Assembly: GCA_963666735.1 (NCBI GenBank)
Contig: OY762926.1
Span: 128,001 to 192,000 of the forward strand
Source of the DNA: Gemmatimonadota bacterium
Lineage (GTDB): Bacteria > Gemmatimonadota > Gemmatimonadetes > Palauibacterales > Palauibacteraceae
DNA length: 64,000 bases
Reading direction: 5' to 3'
Positions 1-10,447 of the stretch are shown here, in pieces. The notes below the pieces were generated by a model. The model made no database searches and had not been told where the DNA came from. It saw only the letters and a list, made by a program, of their open reading frames with translations. How positions within the stretch are numbered: position 1 is the first letter of the stretch; each line of letters starts with the position of its first letter. Position numbers and translations under genes: made by a program.

Positions 1-2
1 GG

Positions 3-146
3 CAGAGCTTCGAGGCCGCCGTCGCCACCGGAGCCCGCGTGAACGCGATCGCCCGCATGACGGACGACTGCCAGGCGGGGATCGGTCGTTTCCTCGCGGC
101 CCGCGGCGGGAAACGCGAGAAATCGGAGAAAAGGGAGACGGCATGA
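3..146 (+). CDS. 3' end of enoyl-CoA hydratase/isomerase family protein (partial)
   Basis: Frame from nt 3 reads QSFEAAVATGARVNAIARMTDDCQAGIGRFL..., a crotonase-like C-terminus; its TGA overlaps the next ATG. Confidence 0.6.
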   Translation, partial: QSFEAAVATGARVNAIARMTDDCQAGIGRFLAARGGKREKSEKRETA

Positions 147-841
147 GCGAGAGGGGCGTGGCTTCGGCGGCGGGGTCGGCCTTCCTGTGGCGGGTCGGGG
201 CGCTCGCCGCCGGCGCGTCGGGCATCGTCCTCCTCACGACGGACGGGGCGCCGCTCACGCTCGCCGTCCTCCTGCTGATCGCGGCGCTCGCCGCGACGGG
301 CGTGCTCCTCGGGAGCGGCGCGCACGAAGCCGCGCCCGAAGCCGAAATCGAGGGCCCGCTCGACCTGAGCGCGCGCCTCGGCCTCGGGCTGCTCGGCGGA
401 TTGCTCGGCGCCGCGATCTCCGCCGCGGCGCGCTCGGCGGTGGCGACGTTCGGCTCCATCGGAGCGCTGAGCATGGGACTGACCTCGGGGTGGACCGGGG
501 CGGAGTTCCTGTCGCACCTCGGAAGCGGCGCGGTCTGGGGCCTCATGCTCGGCGTGCTCTACACCCGCCTGTCCGGGTCGCCGGTCTCTCGCGGCGCGCT
601 GTTCGCCCTGGCACCCACCCTCTACGTCGTCATCCGGCTCGCTGTCGGCGAGCCCGCGCTCGACTTTGCGAGGGGGGAACTCCCTCTGGTGTCCGCGCTC
701 GCGCTCTACGCGGGGCGGGGCGTGTTCGCCGTCTTCTCCATCCTTGCGGTCCACGTGCTGTGGGGGACGATCGCCGGCGCGACGCTGGGCTGGGGAGAAG
801 CGGGCGACGAGACGCCGGTCGCCCGCCCGATCGACGAGTGA
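143..841 (+). CDS. Multi-pass membrane protein, unknown function
   Basis: 232-aa ORF with several hydrophobic segments; ATGA overlap with upstream gene. Confidence 0.75.
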   Translation: MSERGVASAAGSAFLWRVGALAAGASGIVLLTTDGAPLTLAVLLLIAALAATGVLLGSGAHEAAPEAEIEGPLDLSARLGLGLLGGLLGAAISAAARSAVATFGSIGALSMGLTSGWTGAEFLSHLGSGAVWGLMLGVLYTRLSGSPVSRGALFALAPTLYVVIRLAVGEPALDFARGELPLVSALALYAGRGVFAVFSILAVHVLWGTIAGATLGWGEAGDETPVARPIDE

Positions 842-999
842 ACCGCGACTGGTGGCTGCGGCTGCAGATCGGACTCGGTCTGGCCGGGGGCGCCACCTGG
901 TTCATCGGCGCGCTCACGGAGCAGGACTTCGCGGCCGGCGCGGGCTGCGGCCTCCTCGCGGCCGCCGTCGTTCTCCGCCTGGGACGAACGAAAGCCTGA
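838..999 (+). CDS. Small membrane protein (53 aa)
   Basis: GTGA overlap; VNRDWWLRLQIGLGLAGGATWFIGAL...AGCGLLAAAVVLRL has two hydrophobic stretches. Confidence 0.6.
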   Translation: MNRDWWLRLQIGLGLAGGATWFIGALTEQDFAAGAGCGLLAAAVVLRLGRTKA

Positions 1000-1097
1000 C
1001 CCGGCCCCCGCCGGCCCCCCGCCCCGCGGGTGCGGCCGGCGCCGCTCGCGGCCACTGGCCGTTGATCTCCCGTTGATCGGACCGCCCATCGAAGGGT

Positions 1098-2465
1098 GTG
1101 AATACCGACGAAAGCACCCGCGCGCGTCGCGCCGCGGGCACCCTCCGGGACGCGCGTGACCTCCTGAGAGACCGGTTCGGCTACGACGACTTCCGTCCCG
1201 CGCAGTCGCGCGTGGTGGAAGCCGTCCTCAGCGGCCGGGACACGCTCGCGGTGCTCCCGACCGGCTTCGGCAAATCCGTGTGCTTCCAGATCCCGGCGCT
1301 GCTGCGTCGGCGGACGACGCTCGTCATCTCGCCGCTCATCTCGCTCATCGAGGATCAGGTCGCCGGCGCCGCGCGCCGGGGCATCCGGGTGCTCGGCTGG
1401 ACGAGCGCCACCCTGCGGGAGGAGGTGAACGCGGCGCTCGAGCGCGCCCGTCGCGGCGAACTCGACCTCCTGTACCTGGCGCCCGAACGCCTGGAGAACC
1501 GCGCGGTCTGCGATCGCCTGCGCGAAGTCGGGGTGGGGGGCATCGCCGTCGACGAGGCGCACTGCGTTTCCCAGTGGGGGCACGACTTCCGCCCGTCGTA
1601 CCTGCGGATCGGGCGCGCGAGGGAGCGGATGGGGAACCCGCCGCTGACGGCCCTCACCGCCACCGCGACGCGGCGGACGCGGCGCGAGATCGAGCGGTTC
1701 CTGGGGATGGAAGGAGCGATCCGCATCTTCGTGCCCTCGAACCGCCCGAACCTCCGCTACTCCGTGGAGATGGCCCCCGATGCGCGCGAAGCCTATCGGC
1801 GCGTGCGGCGCGAGGTGGCGGCGTGCCGGGGGGCGTCGGCGGTCGTCTATGCGCGCACGCGCGGGTTGAGCGCGCAGCTTGCGATCGCGCTCTCGAGGAC
1901 GGGGGTGCCCAGCGCGCCATACCATGCGCGTCTGCCGATCGAGCGGCGCCAGGCGACGCAGCGGGCCTTCCTGGACGGGAGCATTCGCGTGGTCTGCGCC
2001 ACGACCGCGTTCGGCATGGGGATCGACCACCCGCAGGTGCGTCTCGTCGCGCATCTCGGCGCCCCGGGATCGCTGGAGGAGTACGTCCAGGAAGCGGGTC
2101 GCGCCGGCCGCGACGGCGAACCGGCGCGCTGCGCGATGGTTGCGATCCGCGAGAATCGCCGCCGCGCGCTTCCGTTCGGCCGGCGCGAGCATCCCCGGCC
2201 GGGCAGCCCGCCGCCCGGCTTCGACCGGACCGCCGTCGACGCCGAACGGCGCGCCGCGATGGCAGCCTACATCGAGACCGCCGCCTGCCGCCGGGCGGCC
2301 ATCGCCGCCTACTTCGGCGAACGCGCTCCGGTCTGCGACGGCTGTGACAACTGCGACGGCGCCCGGACCGCGTCCGCGCACCCCGCTGAACAGAGCGTCA
2401 GAACGACCACGACACGCCGAAGATGGCGATCACGGGGAGGGAAGCGAGCGGCGCGGGGCGCGTGA
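1098..2465 (+). CDS. recQ: RecQ-family ATP-dependent DNA helicase
   Basis: Motifs LPTGFGKS, VDEAHCVSQWGHDFRP, ATTAFGMGID, QEAGRAGRDG, CRR...CDGCDNC; no HRDC domain visible. Confidence 0.92.
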   Translation: MNTDESTRARRAAGTLRDARDLLRDRFGYDDFRPAQSRVVEAVLSGRDTLAVLPTGFGKSVCFQIPALLRRRTTLVISPLISLIEDQVAGAARRGIRVLGWTSATLREEVNAALERARRGELDLLYLAPERLENRAVCDRLREVGVGGIAVDEAHCVSQWGHDFRPSYLRIGRARERMGNPPLTALTATATRRTRREIERFLGMEGAIRIFVPSNRPNLRYSVEMAPDAREAYRRVRREVAACRGASAVVYARTRGLSAQLAIALSRTGVPSAPYHARLPIERRQATQRAFLDGSIRVVCATTAFGMGIDHPQVRLVAHLGAPGSLEEYVQEAGRAGRDGEPARCAMVAIRENRRRALPFGRREHPRPGSPPPGFDRTAVDAERRAAMAAYIETAACRRAAIAAYFGERAPVCDGCDNCDGARTASAHPAEQSVRTTTTRRRWRSRGGKRAARGA

Positions 2466-4722
2466 GCGGTTGGTCCGACGTGGTCTGATAGAAGAGCGCG
2501 TCCCGGCGATCCAGCGCGTTGAGCACCCGCACGTAGGGGGCGATCACGACCGACGAGCGGCCGATGCTCGCGACCCAGCGTCGCGAGACCTCCGCGTCGA
2601 GCCGGAGATACGAGTCCTCCGGCGCCCCCGAGAGCACCGGCAGGGGATCGTCACCGCTCGGCGCGTCCGTCTCCCCGGGTCCCGCGGTCACGGACGCGAA
2701 GGACAGACCGGCTCCGTACGCGAGCCGGATGCCGAAGTCGAATTCGCGGACGTCCGAGGAGAGTCCGCCGCTCAGAAGTTGCCGGCCCACGAACGGCGTC
2801 TCTTCATCCGGATCGTTCGTCGACACGAACGCGATCGAGTAGCCGATCCAGCCCCGGACCGGGCCCTCCTTCGCCTGCAACCACAAGTCCGCGCCCAAGG
2901 AGTAGAGTTGATTGGCGTCGGGGAGATCGTCGAAGGACTTCAGGTAGCTCTCGATGCCGACATCGACGCCGTTCTCGAGCGAGTTCGTGAATCCGACCAG
3001 GAAATGAGAGGCTCCGGCGATACTGGACCCGGGCGTCGACGGCGGGAGCTGGCCGGGATCCGGTGTGGGCAGGATCTCGCCGATGGTGGGTCCGGTGAGG
3101 TCTCCGGAGAGGATGGATTCGGGTCCGCGCACCACCTGAAGGAACCTCCCGGCGGAGAGGCGGATATCCGCCGCGTCCGTGATGTGCCAGGTGACGGTGC
3201 CCCGCGGCGCGAACTTCGCGCGGCGGGAGGGCGCGAAATAGCTGGCCCGGACCCCTCCCCTCACTTCGACTTTCGGGGCCAGCTCCCAGATGGCCTCGCC
3301 CCACCCGGCCACCACGTCGGCGCGCCGCACGGCGTGGGACACGTCGTGCGCCGTTCTGCCGCCGAGGACCGTCCGCCGGTCCACCACGGTCTCGTAGGAG
3401 TCGAAGCCGCCGCCCGCGGCCCAGCGAATTTCGCGGCCTCCCGACTCGAACAGCGCCTCGGCGCGCGTGCGAACGGTTCGGGCGATGACGTCCGCGAAAG
3501 AGACCTCGAAGTCCAGTTCCTTGTCGCGCGGCAAGGGCAGACCCGTGCCGAACCGTCCGTGAGCGCCTCTCAGCGTGAACGTGCCGTCGGCCAGCGGGAC
3601 GCGGTAGCTCGCGGACCCTGCGAGGTTGCCCCAGTAGGCCGACTCCACCGCCCCGGTGTCCTCGAGCCGTCCGATGTCGAGCAGCACGGACTCGCGGTTC
3701 CAGAACCCCGTGGCCGTGAACTTTCCGGGCCCCAGACGATAGTCGAGCCGGCCCAGGAGGTCGCCGTACCCGTACGGCATTTCCGGCTCGCCCGTGATGA
3801 TGGGATAGCCGAGTCCGTGAAGCGCCCGGCCGCTGAGGAGCACGCGCCCCGCCGGTCCGACCGGGCCCTCCGCCCGCAGCGTGCCGCCCAGGAGGTCGGC
3901 CGCGCCGGCGACGTGGAAGTTCTCCGCGTCTCCCTCCCGGATCTTGAGGTCGAGGACGTAGGAGAGTCCCCCGTCGTAGCGGGCCGGCGTCCCGCCGATG
4001 TAGAGGGATGCCTCGCCCAGCACGCCGTCCGGAAACGCGTCCAGGAGGCCGCTGAGGTGGAACGGCGCGTAGACCGGCGCGCCGTCGAGCAGCACGAGCT
4101 TCAGGTCCGACGCGGCGCCCCGCACGTAGAGCACGCTCGTCGGGTCCGCGGGATCGATGCCCGGATCGTCCAGCGTCAGACCCGCCTCCGCCACGCCGGG
4201 GGACGAATCCAGCGCGCGGAGTTCCGTTTCTCCCTCTTCGCGGAACCCGGCGCGGGTGAGGCCGGGAGCGGGCAGCCGCCGTGCGACGATGTGGGCGAAC
4301 AGGCCCGGCATCGCGACGGGCCGCCGCTCCAGGGCCAGGTCGAGCGGGACGCCGTCGCCCGCGGGGACCACGACGCTGGTGACGAGCGGGTCGCGATCCA
4401 GCGCCCGCGCGACGAGAAAGATGGGTCCGGGCGGAAGCCCTTCCGCCCGGTAGAAGCCGTCGTCGTCCGTAACCAGGAACCAGGAAAACGCTGGAAAGCG
4501 GATTTCCACCGAAGCGGCCGCGATCGGCGTCTGGGTCTCGGCGCGCAGCACACGGCCGAAGACGGCCCCGACGACCGGCGCGTCCTCCGAGGGAGGGGGG
4601 GGCGGGGGATCCTGAGCGAGAACCGGCGGGGTGAAGAAACCGGTCGAAGCCGCGCCGAGGAGCAGGACGAATCGCCACCGATGGGAGACGGGCCCCGACC
4701 TTCGGTACATGGGCTTCGTCAT
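2398..4722 (-). CDS. TonB-dependent receptor-like outer membrane protein
   Basis: Signal peptide, carboxypeptidase-regulatory-like N domain, plug motif LYVRGAASD...LLDGAPVY, C-terminal ...GVSWSF. Confidence 0.85.
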   Translation of the reverse strand: MTKPMYRRSGPVSHRWRFVLLLGAASTGFFTPPVLAQDPPPPPPSEDAPVVGAVFGRVLRAETQTPIAAASVEIRFPAFSWFLVTDDDGFYRAEGLPPGPIFLVARALDRDPLVTSVVVPAGDGVPLDLALERRPVAMPGLFAHIVARRLPAPGLTRAGFREEGETELRALDSSPGVAEAGLTLDDPGIDPADPTSVLYVRGAASDLKLVLLDGAPVYAPFHLSGLLDAFPDGVLGEASLYIGGTPARYDGGLSYVLDLKIREGDAENFHVAGAADLLGGTLRAEGPVGPAGRVLLSGRALHGLGYPIITGEPEMPYGYGDLLGRLDYRLGPGKFTATGFWNRESVLLDIGRLEDTGAVESAYWGNLAGSASYRVPLADGTFTLRGAHGRFGTGLPLPRDKELDFEVSFADVIARTVRTRAEALFESGGREIRWAAGGGFDSYETVVDRRTVLGGRTAHDVSHAVRRADVVAGWGEAIWELAPKVEVRGGVRASYFAPSRRAKFAPRGTVTWHITDAADIRLSAGRFLQVVRGPESILSGDLTGPTIGEILPTPDPGQLPPSTPGSSIAGASHFLVGFTNSLENGVDVGIESYLKSFDDLPDANQLYSLGADLWLQAKEGPVRGWIGYSIAFVSTNDPDEETPFVGRQLLSGGLSSDVREFDFGIRLAYGAGLSFASVTAGPGETDAPSGDDPLPVLSGAPEDSYLRLDAEVSRRWVASIGRSSVVIAPYVRVLNALDRRDALFYQTTSDQPLTRPAPLASLPVIAIFGVSWSF

Positions 4723-4801
4723 CCCGGATCCACCCCTCGAGGCTCGCTCAGATCGTCAGGTCACCGTCGTCCGCTACCGCGGGCGGGCGCTACCTGCGCT
4801 G

Positions 4802-5575
4802 CTACCCGTCGGTGCCGAGAAAGATCTCCACGGGATTCGCAGCCGCCGAATCCGTGCGCCGCAACTCGCCACCTTCGAGGCGGACGACTTCGCGCTCATC
4901 GATGACTACAGAACCGATCGCGGCGTCCCGCGGCAAGGTCACGCGGATCTCATCCGCCGCTCCCGCGATCTCGATGACGCCCGGCTCCACATGGAAGCTC
5001 GCGTCACGGGCCGCCACGGTGGCCGTCTCCCCGTCGGACAGTTCGACCGTCAACCGCGTGCCTTCGTGCCCGCCGACGACCATGATGCGCACGGCGCCCT
5101 CGCGGGGGGCCACCGACACGCGGGAAGGTCCGGCGTCCCCGGCGACCCGGGAGTCGTCCGCGATCCAGGCCGCAACCGCATCGAGGCCGTCGTCGACCCA
5201 GCCCCTTACCGGCGATCCCGGCACCGCGTAGGCACCCGCGGCGGCGAGAAGCGTGACCCCCGCGGCCACCGCGACCGAGCGCCGGCTCAGCCTGGCCCAG
5301 CGTCGCGCCCTTGCGTTCGCGAGAGGCATCGGCGCCCTGCGCGCGGCCTCCCGCAGCGCCGCCGGCATCTCGAGCCGCGATTCCGGCACCGCGAGCAGGT
5401 CGAGCGCCGCGGTGGCACGCCGCGTCGCAAAGCGCATTTCGTCGCTGCGCGCCGCGCACTCCGGGCACGACGCCAGGTGCGTCTCGACGGGTCTCCGTTC
5501 TGCTGTGGTCAGCTCACTGTCGAGCAGAGCGAGCAGCGCTCCGTCGCCGACATGTAGCTGTTCACGCGTAGACAT
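4802..5575 (-). CDS. Zinc-finger (zf-HC2) anti-sigma factor
   Basis: HLASCPEC motif, single TM segment, directly downstream of an ECF sigma. Confidence 0.85.
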   Translation of the reverse strand: MSTREQLHVGDGALLALLDSELTTAERRPVETHLASCPECAARSDEMRFATRRATAALDLLAVPESRLEMPAALREAARRAPMPLANARARRWARLSRRSVAVAAGVTLLAAAGAYAVPGSPVRGWVDDGLDAVAAWIADDSRVAGDAGPSRVSVAPREGAVRIMVVGGHEGTRLTVELSDGETATVAARDASFHVEPGVIEIAGAADEIRVTLPRDAAIGSVVIDEREVVRLEGGELRRTDSAAANPVEIFLGTDG

Positions 5576-5643
5576 ACTCAATCCTCACTATTTTCAACGC
5601 AGATTTCCAGTCGCATCCCGACCGGTCACCCATCGTCCCCCCC

Positions 5644-6225
5644 TCACCGGCCCCGACCGGTCTCGTCCTCCACAGTCCGCGGATCCAGCGCCTCCGTGAA
5701 CCGGCGCAGCGCCCGCGCGAGCAGCGTTCCCACCGACCCCGGCGCGACTTCGATCGCCTCGGCGATCTCGGCGTACCGGAATCCTTCCTCTCTCATCAAC
5801 AGCAACCGACGGTCGCGTTCAGGCATCTCCGCCAGCGCGGCGCGCACCGCCGCGACCCGTTCAGCCCGCAAGACCGATTGGTCCGGCAACTCCACCGGAT
5901 CGTGCGCGAGATCCGCCTGTTGGTAGCGCTGCGACAGCAACCGCCGCCGTCGCGCGCTCATGCGAGCGTCGTCCCGCACCAGGTTCGTCGCTACCGTAAA
6001 CAGCCAGCGCCGTACCTCCTCGTCCGGAAGAGGCTGGTCCAACAGCCGAATGAACGCCTCTTGTACGACGTCGTCCGCAAGGTCGGCGTCACCCACCATC
6101 CGGTTGACATACCGAAGGAGTGGGGTCCAGTGGCTGTTGTATGCCGCCTCGAAGTCCACGGTACTCCCTTCCACACCGTTGCCGGTACGCGAAGAGCGCC
6201 GCGGGCTTGCACCCTTGCCATCCAT
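5644..6225 (-). CDS. ECF RNA polymerase sigma-70 factor
   Basis: ADDVVQEAF, WLFTVATNL, and region 4 YAEIAEAIEVAPGSVGTLLARA. Confidence 0.92.
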   Translation of the reverse strand: MDGKGASPRRSSRTGNGVEGSTVDFEAAYNSHWTPLLRYVNRMVGDADLADDVVQEAFIRLLDQPLPDEEVRRWLFTVATNLVRDDARMSARRRRLLSQRYQQADLAHDPVELPDQSVLRAERVAAVRAALAEMPERDRRLLLMREEGFRYAEIAEAIEVAPGSVGTLLARALRRFTEALDPRTVEDETGRGR

Positions 6226-6450
6226 AGGGTCAACGCCTGCCGGGGCCCGATCGTGACGCGTCCGGGATCACTCGACGTTTGGGCGGGAGGCCCGCCTCCG
6301 GTACGTTAGGCGCGCGGCGTCCCGAAGTCACAGCCCGCCCGCCGCCGGGCCACGCACACGACCCTGTCGCGCATGCTTGTCGCGCATACCTGTCGCGCAT
6401 GCGAGACCGGCCGCTCCAGGCGCCGGCCGCACGCCCGAACCGAGGAGTTA

Positions 6451-7677
6451 ATGGGAGACCCGAGTTTCTACCTGGAAGACCACCATGAGATGATCCGCGA
6501 CATGGTGCGGGAGTTCGCCGAGGCGGAGATCGCTCCCGTCGCCGCCCGCTACGATGAGTCGGAGGATTTTCCGTGGGACACCGGCGCCCTCATGTCGGAA
6601 CTGGGGCTGTTCGGAATCCCCTTCGAGGAGGGACTGGGCGGCGCCGGCATGGACCTTCTCGCGGCGTCGATCGCCGTGGAGGAACTCGCCCGCGTGGACG
6701 CCAGTCATTCGATCATGGTCGGGGCGCACACGAGTCTGGCCGCGACTCCGATCGCGCGCTGGGGCACGGAGGCGCAGAAGGAACGCTTCCTCCGACCCCT
6801 CGCGAGCGGTCGCGTGCTGGGCGGATTCGGGCTCACGGAGCCGGGGTCGGGTTCCGACGCGGGGGGCATGCGGACGACGGCCCGGAAGGCCGGCGACCGC
6901 TGGGTCATCAACGGGAGCAAGACGTGGATCACGCACGGCGGCGTGGGCGAGGTGTTCGTCGTCGGCGCCCTCACGTCGCCCGACAAGGGCTCGCGCGGCA
7001 TCACGGCGTTCATCCTCACCAAGGAGACGTGCGATCTCGAAGATGCCGCGCGCGTGGGGTTCGGCCATTCCGCGGACCTCGATCCGATGCCGGGGTTCAG
7101 CGCCGGGCAGAAGCTGCGCAAGCTGGGCTGGAACGCGTCCGATACGCGCGAACTCACGCTGGAGGATGTGAAGGTGCCGGAGGAGAACGTGCTCGGCGAC
7201 GTGGACCGGGGCTTCCCCATCTTCCTCGACACCCTCGACGGCGGACGGGTCGGGATCGCCGCCCACGCGATCGGGATTGCGCAGGGCGCCCTCGACCAGA
7301 CCGTCCGCTACACCGGCGAGCGGAAGCAGTTCAAGAAGAAGATCCACGACTTCCAGGGCGTCCGCTTCATGCTTGCCGAGGCGCAGACGCGCATTCACGC
7401 GGCGCGGCTCATGATGCACCAGGCCGCGCGCCTCCGGATGGCGGGGGCGAGGCACAAGAAGGAGGCCGCCATGGCCAAGCTCTTCGCCTCGGAGACGGCG
7501 ATGGACGTGACGGCGATGGCGGTGCAGCTGCACGGCGGGTACGGCTATTCGCGCGAGTATCCCGTCGAACGGATGATGCGCGACGCGAAGATCACGGAGA
7601 TCGGCGAGGGGACGAGCGAGATCCTCAAGATCGTGATTTCGCGGGAGATGCTGCGCGAAGCGGGCTCCCTCGATTAG
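6451..7677 (+). CDS. Acyl-CoA dehydrogenase
   Basis: GLTEPGSGSDA, NGSKTWIT, QLHGGYGYSREYPVERMMRDAKITEIGEGTSEI; GAGGAG RBS before ATG 6451. Confidence 0.95.
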   Translation: MGDPSFYLEDHHEMIRDMVREFAEAEIAPVAARYDESEDFPWDTGALMSELGLFGIPFEEGLGGAGMDLLAASIAVEELARVDASHSIMVGAHTSLAATPIARWGTEAQKERFLRPLASGRVLGGFGLTEPGSGSDAGGMRTTARKAGDRWVINGSKTWITHGGVGEVFVVGALTSPDKGSRGITAFILTKETCDLEDAARVGFGHSADLDPMPGFSAGQKLRKLGWNASDTRELTLEDVKVPEENVLGDVDRGFPIFLDTLDGGRVGIAAHAIGIAQGALDQTVRYTGERKQFKKKIHDFQGVRFMLAEAQTRIHAARLMMHQAARLRMAGARHKKEAAMAKLFASETAMDVTAMAVQLHGGYGYSREYPVERMMRDAKITEIGEGTSEILKIVISREMLREAGSLD

Positions 7678-7870
7678 TTTGGGGGGAGAAGCTTCAGCCG
7701 TGCGTCACGATCTGGTCACGACCTGCTAGCGGAAATCGGGCAGTAACGAAGAGATACACGGACCCCCGGGCAGTGGCCGGCGGTTCGCAGCGAAGAATCG
7801 AGTCTTACAGGATGCCAGCCCTCTGGTAGCACAATCGGGCGCGGCGAACCCGCGCGCGTGCTGACGTAAC

Positions 7871-9412
7871 GTGCGCCGCGAGATCGTCGTAAACGCCACG
7901 ACCCGCGAGAAGCGGGTCGCGATCGTAGAAGACCGCAAGCTCGTCGAACTGATGTACGAACGGCCCGACGAGCGCCGCATCGTCGGCGATATCTATCTCG
8001 GCGTGGTCGAGGCGATCGTGCCCGGACTTCAAGCCGCCTTCGTCGACATCGGCGCCGAGAAGGCCGGCTTCCTGCACGCCTCCGACCTACAGCCCGACGA
8101 AGACCCCGATGAAGAGGGCAACGGGGGACGGGAACGAAACGGGGGGCGTCGACGGGCGCGCGGCGAGAACGCTCCCCGCATCGAGGAAGCGATCCGCAAG
8201 GGCCAGACGCTCCTCGTCCAGGTCGTGAAGGAGCCCATCGGCACGAAGGGGCCCCGCGTGACGACGCAGGTCTCGCTCCCGGGCCGCTTCCTCGTGTATA
8301 TCCCGGACTCGTTCAACATCGGCGTCAGCCGCAAGATCGGCGACCGGGAGACGCGCGCTCGCCTGAGAAGCATGGTGCGGGACATCCTCGGCGGCGACGG
8401 CGGCGTCATCGTCCGGACGGTCGGCGAAGAGTTGACGAAGGAGACCTGCGAGCGGGAACTCAAGTCGCTGCGCAAGACGTGGCAGAAGGTGCGCCGCCGG
8501 CAGAAGGGGATGAAGGCGCCGGCCCTCGTGTACCAGGACGCGCGCCTGACGTCCGGCATCATCCGCGACCTGTTCAGCGACCGGATCGATGAGCTCACGG
8601 TGGATTCGGCGGACCTGTACCACGAGATCCGCTCCTACCTGGGACAGGTGGACCCGGATCTGCTCGAGCGGGTGAGCCGGTACGAGGGCACGGCGCCCAT
8701 CTTCGACGAGTTCGGGATCGAGGAGGAGATCCGCCGCGCGTTCCGCCGCACCGTCCACCTGAAATCCGGCGGCCATGTCGTGATCGAGCAGACCGAGGCC
8801 CTCGTCTCGATCGACGTGAACACGGGGCGCTACACGGGCCGGCGCGACCCGGCGAAGACCATCCTCAAGACGAACCTCGAGGCGGCGGGAGAGATCGCCC
8901 GCCAACTGCGTCTGCGCGACGTGGGCGGGATCATCGTCATCGACTTCATCGACATGAACGAGGAGGAGTCGCGCAACAGGGTCGTGCAGCAGATGAAGAC
9001 CCTGCTGGGACATGACCGCGCGCGCTCGAAGGTGTTCGGCATCTCCGAGCTTGGCCTGCTGCAACTCAGCCGGCAGCGCGTGAGCCCCAGCCTGCACCAG
9101 CGGATGATGGAACCGTGTCCGTACTGCGAGGGCGCGGGGAGAATCCTGGCTTCCGAGACGGTGGTGCGCCGCCTGGAACGGGCGCTGGACCGGGTCGCCG
9201 CGGCCGGCCGGGAGAGCGGGATCACGATCCTCACGCACCCGGTGATCGCCCTCCACCTGCTGGAGCGCGAGCGGGAATTCCTGGGCCGAATGCGGGACAG
9301 CGGCAAGATCGCGATCGAACTGCGCGACAACCCGCTGCTCGGTCTCGACGAGTTCCGGCTCCTCGCCCACCCGGCCGACTCCGACGTCACGAAGCAGTAC
9401 ATTTCGAGCTAG
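7871..9412 (+). CDS. rng: Rne/Rng family ribonuclease (RNase E/G)
   Basis: GLQAAFVDIG, KEPIGTKGPR, IDVNTG, RLRDVGGIIVIDFIDM, CPYCEG. Confidence 0.93.
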   Translation: MRREIVVNATTREKRVAIVEDRKLVELMYERPDERRIVGDIYLGVVEAIVPGLQAAFVDIGAEKAGFLHASDLQPDEDPDEEGNGGRERNGGRRRARGENAPRIEEAIRKGQTLLVQVVKEPIGTKGPRVTTQVSLPGRFLVYIPDSFNIGVSRKIGDRETRARLRSMVRDILGGDGGVIVRTVGEELTKETCERELKSLRKTWQKVRRRQKGMKAPALVYQDARLTSGIIRDLFSDRIDELTVDSADLYHEIRSYLGQVDPDLLERVSRYEGTAPIFDEFGIEEEIRRAFRRTVHLKSGGHVVIEQTEALVSIDVNTGRYTGRRDPAKTILKTNLEAAGEIARQLRLRDVGGIIVIDFIDMNEEESRNRVVQQMKTLLGHDRARSKVFGISELGLLQLSRQRVSPSLHQRMMEPCPYCEGAGRILASETVVRRLERALDRVAAAGRESGITILTHPVIALHLLEREREFLGRMRDSGKIAIELRDNPLLGLDEFRLLAHPADSDVTKQYISS

Positions 9413-9527
9413 CCCCGGCGGGCCCCGGCGACGCGTCGAATCCACGCCGTTTTGTTTGACACATCGGCTTGGCTCCGGTAATCTCAGCGGCTCGCAATTC
9501 GTGGAATTTCAGTGGTGATCTGACGAT

Positions 9528-10094
9528 ATGTACGCGATTTTCAAAGCCCAGGGGAAGCAGTTCCGCGCGGTGGAGGACGCCGTGCTCCGCATCCCCTCCC
9601 TCGAGGCGGAGCCCGGGGATACGGTCACGTTCGATGACGTGCTGCTCGCCGAGCAGGACGGGGACGTCCACGTGGGAGCCCCGTGCGTGGCGGGCGCCTC
9701 GGTCGCGGCGGAAGTCGTGAGCCACGGGCGCGGCGACAAGATCATCGTCTACAAGATGAAGCGGCGGAAGGGCTACCGGCGGAAGCAGGGCCACCGCCAG
9801 GGTTACACGGAGATCCGCATCGTCGGCATCGATCTGCCCGACGAGCCGCGGGAAGCGGCGGCGAAGCCGGCGGCCGCGGCTCCGAAGGCTGAAGCCGCGC
9901 CCGCGCCCGAAGCCGCTCCGGAAGCCGAAGCCGCCCCCGCCGCCGAGTCGTCGCCGGTGGACATCACTCCGGTGGCACGGGAGCTGGCGGAAGAGCACGG
10001 ACTCGACCTGGGGGCGATCGAGGGAACGGGCAAGGACGGCCGCATCCTCAAGGGCGATGTGGACAGGGCCATTGCGGCGAAGGAAGGCGGCTGA
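9528..10094 (+). CDS. rplU: 50S ribosomal protein L21 with C-terminal Ala/Pro/Glu linker and E3-binding-like domain
   Basis: [13 protein letters not shown]...[21 protein letters not shown]; adjacent to rpmA. Confidence 0.95.
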   Translation: MYAIFKAQGKQFRAVEDAVLRIPSLEAEPGDTVTFDDVLLAEQDGDVHVGAPCVAGASVAAEVVSHGRGDKIIVYKMKRRKGYRRKQGHRQGYTEIRIVGIDLPDEPREAAAKPAAAAPKAEAAPAPEAAPEAEAAPAAESSPVDITPVARELAEEHGLDLGAIEGTGKDGRILKGDVDRAIAAKEGG

Positions 10095-10351
10095 TGGCGC
10101 ATAAGAAAGGTGTCGGCTCCAGCCGCAACGGACGCGACTCGAACGCGCAGTACCTCGGCGTCAAGAGATACGGGGGCGAGCGGGTCACGGCGGGCCATAT
10201 CCTCGTTCGGCAGCGGGGAACGCCCTTTCACCCGGGTCGCAACGTCGGCCGGGGGAAGGACGACACGCTGTTCGCGCTCGCCGACGGTGAGGTCGAATTC
10301 CACCGCCGGCGAGGCCGCCGCTTCGTCAGCGTCGTGACGCCGGGAGCATAG
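10094..10351 (+). CDS. rpmA: 50S ribosomal protein L27
   Basis: [24 protein letters not shown]...GKDDTLFAL. Confidence 0.98.
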   Translation: MAHKKGVGSSRNGRDSNAQYLGVKRYGGERVTAGHILVRQRGTPFHPGRNVGRGKDDTLFALADGEVEFHRRRGRRFVSVVTPGA

Positions 10352-10447
10352 CCCGCCGCGCGCTCGCAGCCGCACCGCCACCGGCTGCAGCCGCGCCGGG
10401 CGGTCCCGGCGTCCTCAGACGTTCGTCGGACCCCCTCGGCAGCCCCC

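Noticed and set aside
1879..4905. 1008-aa ORF and similar long antisense ORFs (e.g. 13573-15573, 54804-56675, 62570-63910)
   Set aside because: Shadow frames opposite genuine genes in high-GC DNA
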